Positions 57,370-64,000 of a stretch of 64,000 bases of DNA are shown here, piece after piece. The stretch covers positions 3,968,001 to 4,032,000 of the forward strand of contig AP024664.1 of assembly GCA_024346625.1 (NCBI GenBank). Direction: 5' to 3'. The notes under the pieces were generated by a model that saw only the letters and a list, made by a program, of their open reading frames with translations, did not search any database and was not told the DNA's origin. This DNA comes from Williopsis jadinii. Its lineage: Eukaryota. The first letter of the stretch is position 1. Each line of letters starts with the position of its first letter. The position numbers and the translations under genes were made by a program.

Positions 57370-57464
57370 TGTTATTGTTTCCTTGTTTACGTTCTCTTAG
57401 CTCACTTGTCTGTTACCGTTGATGGCTGTGGAATAAGCGGAACTGGATGCCTCGCAATTGGAAG

Positions 57465-58850
57465 ATGAAGGTGCTGGATACGTTGTTGTGGTTGTTGTTG
57501 ATGATGCTGTTGTCGGCGCGGTTATGCTGGTGTGATGATCTATCCGACTTTGTTGGTCTTGACGATGATTTTGCCATATTGGAGGCGTGGGAAGACGTTA
57601 CGGCGTACTTTGAACCGATGGCGTTGATCGAGAGCGTGCCCTTTGATGCTGAGAAGTACAATTCGTTGTCAGAAGAGGATATAGATGCGGAGTTGTGGGA
57701 TTTGTACGGTAAATTGGAACAAGTGTACGATACATTGGTTGTGTTTGCCAAAGTGCTTGCGAGTTTAACCGCTGATGACTTGATGGAAATGGCTGAAAAG
57801 TTGGAGAACGATCAGGAGTTGTACGCAAGGCTTGTCAACGAACCAAGTCACAAGATCATGCGCAAGTTGTTCCACATACAAGGCGTTGACGATACAGCGT
57901 TTCTCGAAGAGCATGACCAGGAATTGATGGGAATTCCGAACGACCCCAGTTTCCAGCCAATGGAGCCTTTGGTCTACGACTATGACGACGATTATGACGA
58001 TGACGATGATTCGATTTGGAGTCCAGATACTGATTACGAAATGATTGCAAAATTGGTGAAAGATGACCCTGACGACATGGATGCTGTGGAAAAGATGGGG
58101 GTGATCTTGCTTGCGAAAAAGATCATCAAGAAGATCAAGAGAATTATCAAGAAGGTTAAAAAGAAAGCAATGTTGATTATTAAGCTTATCAAGTTGAAAA
58201 AGCTTATCAAAAAGACAAGAGTCATTATTTGTATCAAGATCATGTTGTTAATAGAGAAGATCAAGAGAATGGTTAAATTGATAATCAAATTGATCAAGAA
58301 ACTTATCGTGTGGGCCATTAAGGAGCTCCCCTTTGAAATCCTTTGGAAGATTAAGATCATTATTAAGTTACTCATAAAGGTCTTATTGGACATACTATGG
58401 GAAATTGAAATTATTGTCTTGGAAATCTTGGTTAAAGTTGCGATGCTCTTGAAAAAGATGAAAACAGCGCCAATCGAAATTATCGTATACTTCAAGACGT
58501 GTTTGTTGGACATATTGGGATTGGCTGACGACGATAGTGACAGCTATTGGAATTTCGACGATGATGATGATGACGATGATACATTTTACGTGCAGTATTT
58601 TCTAAAAGCATGGCCAGCTACAGATGAATCGGACTTCCTTTCACAATCTGTGTGGAAATCACAAGACGTACCAGACGAATTCGATGGTGTGCCAGATCTC
58701 GTGTATCTCGAAAGCGATGAAATCGTTGTTCCACAAGAGTTTTACGAAATATTCCGGCCGGCTTTAACCGTTGAGGAAATCGATGATATCTTGAAGGGTG
58801 ATGATTCGTTCAATTTCGATGTTGAATTCCCGGAGATTGCTCGCATCTAG
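57465..58850 (+). CDS. Orphan secreted protein: acidic - cationic amphipathic (K/I/L) - acidic architecture
   Basis: Long uninterrupted ORF (ATG at 57447 or 57465) with signal-peptide-like MKVLDTLLWLLLMMLLSARLCWC; no family recognised. Confidence 0.8.
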   Translation: MKVLDTLLWLLLMMLLSARLCWCDDLSDFVGLDDDFAILEAWEDVTAYFEPMALIESVPFDAEKYNSLSEEDIDAELWDLYGKLEQVYDTLVVFAKVLASLTADDLMEMAEKLENDQELYARLVNEPSHKIMRKLFHIQGVDDTAFLEEHDQELMGIPNDPSFQPMEPLVYDYDDDYDDDDDSIWSPDTDYEMIAKLVKDDPDDMDAVEKMGVILLAKKIIKKIKRIIKKVKKKAMLIIKLIKLKKLIKKTRVIICIKIMLLIEKIKRMVKLIIKLIKKLIVWAIKELPFEILWKIKIIIKLLIKVLLDILWEIEIIVLEILVKVAMLLKKMKTAPIEIIVYFKTCLLDILGLADDDSDSYWNFDDDDDDDDTFYVQYFLKAWPATDESDFLSQSVWKSQDVPDEFDGVPDLVYLESDEIVVPQEFYEIFRPALTVEEIDDILKGDDSFNFDVEFPEIARI

Positions 58851-59192
58851 AGAGATTTAGCAATGTTGCTAACCCCACATACTATAACACTCCATCAAGA
58901 TCTGATTTGATACGAGAAAGTCCCTATTGACATGTACACAGCAATCTTGAACCATATCAATTCGACAAACGCAGCAACCCAGACTATCACAAACTCTGCC
59001 GTACAAGATAAGGCATTTAGTTCTGTCACAAGTTTTGCTGCACGATTGAAGACTGACGCATTTTTTTTCTTGCTTTATCATTAGCGATGATACGTTCGTT
59101 GCTTTCGGTGTGTACCACATTCTTCTACGATCCAGAGATAATACCAAGCCATTCATCTGCTAATCATTCTATCCTATTTACATGATAATGGA

Positions 59193-60683
59193 TCATTTAC
59201 CAACACAGAAGTTTGAAAACACAACACCTAGGACCTCCTCAACCCCAACTGTTTCGCCGGTGATCTTGCCAATACCATCAATGGACTGTTGTAGACTATC
59301 AGTGGCAATGACAACGTCGTCTAGATCTTTAAACTTTTTGAACTCGCTCATTCCAAATAGAACGTCGTATAATAAGATATCACGAACACGGCTGGTGACG
59401 ACAATAGGGTCGTTGTTCTCGGTCAAAGATATCTGTTTGAACTTTTGAACCAAAGACTCGCTTAGCTCTTCCAGCCCTAGTTCTGTAAGGCAAGACACTG
59501 CGATAAATGACTCAGGATCGAGCTTCAGTTCATTTGACAATCTTTTAATCAGCTCAGATTCAGGCTCCTGAAGCAAGTCACACTTGTTCAAAACAACAAC
59601 AACATCTTTGTTCGATCTGAGCTCATCAATGTGTTGCTTGAGTTCAGCATCAAGTTCCAAATCATCCACGGGTAATATAACGAGAACCAGATCACCCTTT
59701 TCGGACAAGTCCTTCGCCCTCTTGATCCCCTCTGCTTCGATCTTGTCGGCCTTTGAGGTGTCTCTTATACCAGCAGTATCTCCAACAACAACCTTGTAGC
59801 CCTTAATGTTCAAGGGAACGTTGATCACATCCCTTGTTGTTCCTGCAATATCACTCACAATAGCAGCCTCTGTCCTTGCCAACTTGTTCAATATTGAGCT
59901 CTTACCTGCGTTTGGAGGACCCAATAGGATCACCTTTATACCTTTCAGCAATAGCTCTGATCTCTCGCCTCGTGCTAGGTACGTCTCGATCTCTGATTCG
60001 AGCTTTGTGATGTCTTCGTTCACCTTGGAGTAAATCTTCTCAATGTCTTCAATCTCCGTGTCCTCTGCGAAGTCGATGATAGCTGTGAGCATCCCAACAT
60101 CGTTGACGAGTCGTTCTCTCCATTCGTGAAACAACAGCTTGTTTGAGCCTGTGGCACTGTTAACCGCTGCTACTCTAGCGCTTTCCGTCTCTGCGTCGAT
60201 CAACTCTCGAATCCCTTCAATCTCTGTGAGATCAAACCTGCCGTTGGAAAAGGCTCTTCTGGAGAATTCACCAGCCTCAGCGTACCTTATGGGAGACTCG
60301 GCGGTGTGTAGGGCTCCAATGGCCTTTAGCACAGCTTGGATCACAGCGGTCCCGCCATGGACGTGGAGCTCAACCAGATCTTCCGCTGTATACGACTTGG
60401 GGTTCTCAAAGAACAGCACCAGCGCTTCGTCCAGTAGCTGGTGTGAGTGCGGAGAGTACAGCTTCTTCACTGCGGCGTACCTTGGCCTTGGAGGCGACCT
60501 GGCCCGTGTCAACTGGCTCAGCACGTACAACGACTGTGGGCCAGAGACTCGGATCACACCAATGGCTGCCCTGGACATATGTGTGGACAGTGCGTAGATC
60601 GTCGATAACTGTGAGCTGTGCCTGATGCCTCGGAGCCACGAGGCATCCCGGCCACACCTGGACATAACACCATGTGCCAGCAT
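59193..60683 (-). CDS. MSS1: Mitochondrial tRNA-modification GTPase MnmE/Mss1
   Basis: TIYALST, SYTAEDLVELHVHGG, GPPNAGKSS, GTTRD, DTAGIR, NKCD and C-terminal FCVGK. Start ATG is 60683 or 60665. Confidence 0.95.
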   Translation of the reverse strand: MLAHGVMSRCGRDASWLRGIRHSSQLSTIYALSTHMSRAAIGVIRVSGPQSLYVLSQLTRARSPPRPRYAAVKKLYSPHSHQLLDEALVLFFENPKSYTAEDLVELHVHGGTAVIQAVLKAIGALHTAESPIRYAEAGEFSRRAFSNGRFDLTEIEGIRELIDAETESARVAAVNSATGSNKLLFHEWRERLVNDVGMLTAIIDFAEDTEIEDIEKIYSKVNEDITKLESEIETYLARGERSELLLKGIKVILLGPPNAGKSSILNKLARTEAAIVSDIAGTTRDVINVPLNIKGYKVVVGDTAGIRDTSKADKIEAEGIKRAKDLSEKGDLVLVILPVDDLELDAELKQHIDELRSNKDVVVVLNKCDLLQEPESELIKRLSNELKLDPESFIAVSCLTELGLEELSESLVQKFKQISLTENNDPIVVTSRVRDILLYDVLFGMSEFKKFKDLDDVVIATDSLQQSIDGIGKITGETVGVEEVLGVVFSNFCVGK

Positions 60684-61313
60684 CTGTGTACGGTGTACTA
60701 AAGGCCCGATACGATACTTTAGTCTTGATCCTACCTTGATGGACAAGCGAAGAAACTGCTCTGGACAAGCCCGACAATTGCCTGATTTGGACAGAGATCC
60801 GGCTCCCACCTCGACAAAAGGTGTCACTTTTAACAGCCTCGATAGCGATATCGCACACAATCACTCAGCTCTGTGCCAACCGTTAGGAACCTGCTGCCCT
60901 GACAATCGTACGATACCAATGGACCCGCGGGATATGATGTAAATATGCCTTTGATGGAAGGCCTTCACGGGCCCTCGCAAGCCATAAGTGATCCCTTAGG
61001 CAGAGGTTTGTGCAGCTCGGCGTTCTCCATCGAACGGAATTAAGCAAAAGCGGGTAAGTCCGGTGGGCAGGCGACAGCGTGGCGCGCGGGCACATAACCG
61101 CCGTTAGGGGACACACACGCATACTGATAAGCTCTGCTATTGGTGCCTCCCCGATGAGGTATCACAGCTGAGCGGAGTGTTGTTGTTTTCACGCGTGTGG
61201 GCGGTTACGAAGAATATAAAAGGCATGTGGAATCCGCTTTTCACGTTGCCTCCATCGTTCCTGTTCACTTGAGAAGATCACCAGGAAAGAACACCAGGAA
61301 AGAACAACCAGCA

Positions 61314-62225
61314 ATGTCAACTACGCTCTCATCATCCACTTACGGCAAGGACAACGTCAAGTTCCTCAAGGTCAAGAAGGATCCGCAGAACCCAAAGAAG
61401 CAGGAGGTTATGGAGGCCACCGTCACGTGTCTGCTTGAAGGTGGGTTCGACACCTCCTACACGGAGGCTGACAACTCGTCCATCGTGCCAACAGACACCG
61501 TGAAGAACACCATTCTCGTGTTGGCAAAGACCACGGAGATTTGGCCAATTGAGAGATTTGCAGCCAAGCTGGCTACGCACTTTGTTGAGAAGTACTCGCA
61601 CGTCTCTGGTGTCTCCGTCAAGATTGTCCAGGACAGATGGGTCAAGTACGCCGTTGATGGCAAGCCACACGACCACTCTTTTATCCACGAAGGTGGTGAG
61701 AAGAGAATCACTGACCTGTACTACAAGAGATCCGGTGATTACAAGCTGTCATCTGCCATCAAGGACTTGACGGTGCTGAAGTCCACCGGCTCGATGTTCT
61801 ACGGCTACAACAAGTGTGACTTCACCACCTTGCAACCAACCACTGACAGAATCTTGTCCACCGACGTCGATGCCACCTGGGTTTGGGATAACAAGAAGAT
61901 TGGCACTGTCTACGACATCGCCAAGGCTGCAGACAAGGGGATCTTTGACAACGTTTACAACCAGGCTAGAGAGATCACCTTGACCACCTTCGCCCTGGAG
62001 AACTCTCCATCTGTGCAGGCCACGATGTTCAACATGGCTACTCAGATCTTGGAAAAGGCATGCTCTGTCTACTCGGTTTCATACGCCTTGCCAAACAAGC
62101 ACTACTTCCTCATTGACTTGAAATGGAAAGGTTTGGAGAACGACAACGAGTTGTTCTACCCATCTCCACATCCAAATGGTTTGATCAAGTGTACTGTTGT
62201 CCGTAAGGAGAAGACCAAGTTGTAA
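61314..62225 (+). CDS. UOX: Urate oxidase (uricase), peroxisomal
   Basis: YGKDNV, PTDTVKNT, LTVLKSTGSMFYGY, DRILST, SVQATM, PNKHY and PTS1-like TKL; matches the C. utilis uricase as recalled. GATAAG at 61126 upstream. Confidence 0.97.
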   Translation: MSTTLSSSTYGKDNVKFLKVKKDPQNPKKQEVMEATVTCLLEGGFDTSYTEADNSSIVPTDTVKNTILVLAKTTEIWPIERFAAKLATHFVEKYSHVSGVSVKIVQDRWVKYAVDGKPHDHSFIHEGGEKRITDLYYKRSGDYKLSSAIKDLTVLKSTGSMFYGYNKCDFTTLQPTTDRILSTDVDATWVWDNKKIGTVYDIAKAADKGIFDNVYNQAREITLTTFALENSPSVQATMFNMATQILEKACSVYSVSYALPNKHYFLIDLKWKGLENDNELFYPSPHPNGLIKCTVVRKEKTKL

Positions 62226-62538
62226 GAGTCCCGCATGGAAATCTTGCCTTCTTCAAGAGCGTCATCGCCCTTTCTCATGAACTTACAAATAACCCACCAA
62301 ATCAAACCAATGACCCGCTGAAAGTGGTAATAACGTTCCCCCATCTGTGCTAATGTACAAACAGATCGGTCAGACTTTATTCTTCTCTATATACAATACA
62401 TCGCATTCCCTACTTATGGTTTAATGGAACTTACTTTGAGTGTGTCATAATCACCTGTCTTTATCCTGTATGAGTAACTATGTGCCTAACTATGTGCCTA
62501 TGTCGTCTATTTACAGCATTGGACTCGCAATGCAACGT

Positions 62539-63312
62539 TCAGAAGAACCAGCTGGTCCATTTCTGCTTCTTGCTGACCCTGGTGCCGAACTTTGGACTGG
62601 AAGCAGCAGCATGGGCCTTATCCACAATGGCATTGGTGGTCTTGGCCTTTGCCTGATGAGCAATCGTGGAGAGCTTCTGTCTGCCAACATTGAACCCCCA
62701 TCTACGCAGCTGCTTCACCACGGACGGTGTGATTGCAGCAGTGATTGGCACTCTGATGAAGATCAATGACTTGTGCAATGCGTAAGCCACTATGGCCTCT
62801 GTGAACAGTGGGCTCTCCCAGAAGGACCGCTCCTCCTCTGGCACAACATTGGCGTTGCTATCGCCGCCGTCCAACACAACAGCCGGCTTCTGGTGGCCCA
62901 GCCCAGTGATTCGCTTCAGGTAGTTCATCACGTCTGTCTGGACCTGTTTCACCTTATCGGCTCCAAACGAATGCACAACGACAAAGCACGCTGGGAAGTC
63001 GATACAGGACAGCATCAGGTACACACCAAGCGCAGAGTACCCGTACTCCTGTATCAGCGCCTTGACACCACTCTTCTTCTTCTGCTGCTCGCCCTTGCCC
63101 TTCTGTCCTTGCTGACCACCACCACTCTGTGAACCTTCTCCCTGAGAGAACCCACTGGCTCCAGCCTTTGTTGATTGGAATCTTGAGCCGTTGAAGCGGT
63201 ATCTCCCGAGCTGGGAACCGTAGCTCTTCGCCAACGGCCCCCTCGAGATGTTCGTGCCTCTGAGCACAACTCTTCTAAGACCAGCAGCTGGCAGTCTGGT
63301 GAACTGAAACAT
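62539..63312 (-). CDS. Mitochondrial FAM210/DUF1279 protein (Nat2-like)
   Basis: Presequence, KALIQEYGYSALGVYL.LS.IDFP and AYALHKSLIFIRVPITAAITP. Confidence 0.85.
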   Translation of the reverse strand: MFQFTRLPAAGLRRVVLRGTNISRGPLAKSYGSQLGRYRFNGSRFQSTKAGASGFSQGEGSQSGGGQQGQKGKGEQQKKKSGVKALIQEYGYSALGVYLMLSCIDFPACFVVVHSFGADKVKQVQTDVMNYLKRITGLGHQKPAVVLDGGDSNANVVPEEERSFWESPLFTEAIVAYALHKSLIFIRVPITAAITPSVVKQLRRWGFNVGRQKLSTIAHQAKAKTTNAIVDKAHAAASSPKFGTRVSKKQKWTSWFF

Positions 63313-64000
63313 CTCCAACAAGGTCTTGTCCCGTTTGGGGTTGTCAATATGGATTGCTTAATATGTCTCAAGAGCTCTTTCGGCTTCGAATGCCCATCGT
63401 TGAGGCGCTCAGTAGTGGATTACGTAATCTCACTTGAAGTCTTACGTAATATATTTCACAGCGAGGCATCGACAAAATTTAAAGTTCCGATGTGTAAACA
63501 AACAGCGAATTCCGAAATCAAAACATCACTTTTATGTCCAACAGGGATGGGCTCCAAGGACCTGGGCTCTTCTATTACGTCGTCTCCATGGTAGATTTGA
63601 TATGAAGGATTGTACATTCACTCCGTTAACGTCCCGGTGGATAGGCTGCGCTGTCTGTGAGCCTATGCGCTAGCCCCAAATCAGGGCTTTTACCCGATTC
63701 GTCATGGACAATGGTGCACACTGTCTTGTGTTTTCTGTTTTCTGATGGTGGGCGGTGGAAGGGCGCCTGGTGGCTCCCGTTGGCTCTCTGGGACAGTCAG
63801 TTCAGGTTCCATGAAGCTACGTGTGCTCGTTGTGTCCATATAGCTCCATGATGTGGGTATTCATGGTCTTATCTCGTACGTTCTATGGGCGCTTCATGCG
63901 AAGAAGACGTTGTTGATGTTGGAGGTTATGCCATCATATCACCGATCTTGCGGTATACATCTATAATGCGTCTCTTTACATTTGCATCGTGGCTTAAGAT

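Noticed and set aside
58034..58513. Very hydrophobic antisense ORF (159 aa)
   Set aside because: Mirror of the K/I/L codons on the + strand with a non-ATG start; no independent support for an antitoxin.
58839..58850. C-terminal ARI of the orphan as a PTS1
   Set aside because: Weak variant that conflicts with the N-terminal signal peptide.
61314..62225. Uricase as part of a purine cluster with ADE1/ADE2
   Set aside because: More than 40 kb and about 20 unrelated genes away.
63349..64000. Short ORFs at the window end
   Set aside because: Mostly non-ATG starts and no recognisable coding features.

Overview
Gene-dense window of budding-yeast nuclear DNA (standard genetic code). It is very probably Cyberlindnera jadinii (Candida utilis), because the uricase at 61314-62225 matches my recollection of that enzyme. 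It holds about 32 protein genes and one tRNA-His(GUG). Several genes are missed or mis-started by the ORF track because of spliceosomal introns: PET100, OXA1, a YER152C-like aminotransferase, VPS24, a BLOC1S2-like gene and a three-intron MEH1/EGO1. Most content is conserved housekeeping with recognisable S. cerevisiae micro-synteny. The most unusual element is an orphan secreted protein (57465-58850). It has a long, strongly cationic Lys/Ile/Leu amphipathic core between Asp-rich flanks, which looks like a self-neutralised lytic or antimicrobial peptide precursor, and it lies downstream of an inverted pair of URS1-like sites. Other points of interest are an ADE2-KIN3-ADE1 cluster with TGACTC sites, recurrent AAG splice acceptors, a probable long PET122 orthologue, and a GT8/Gnt1-like protein with a degenerate DxD motif. 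All homology calls come from recalled sequences and motifs, not from searches.
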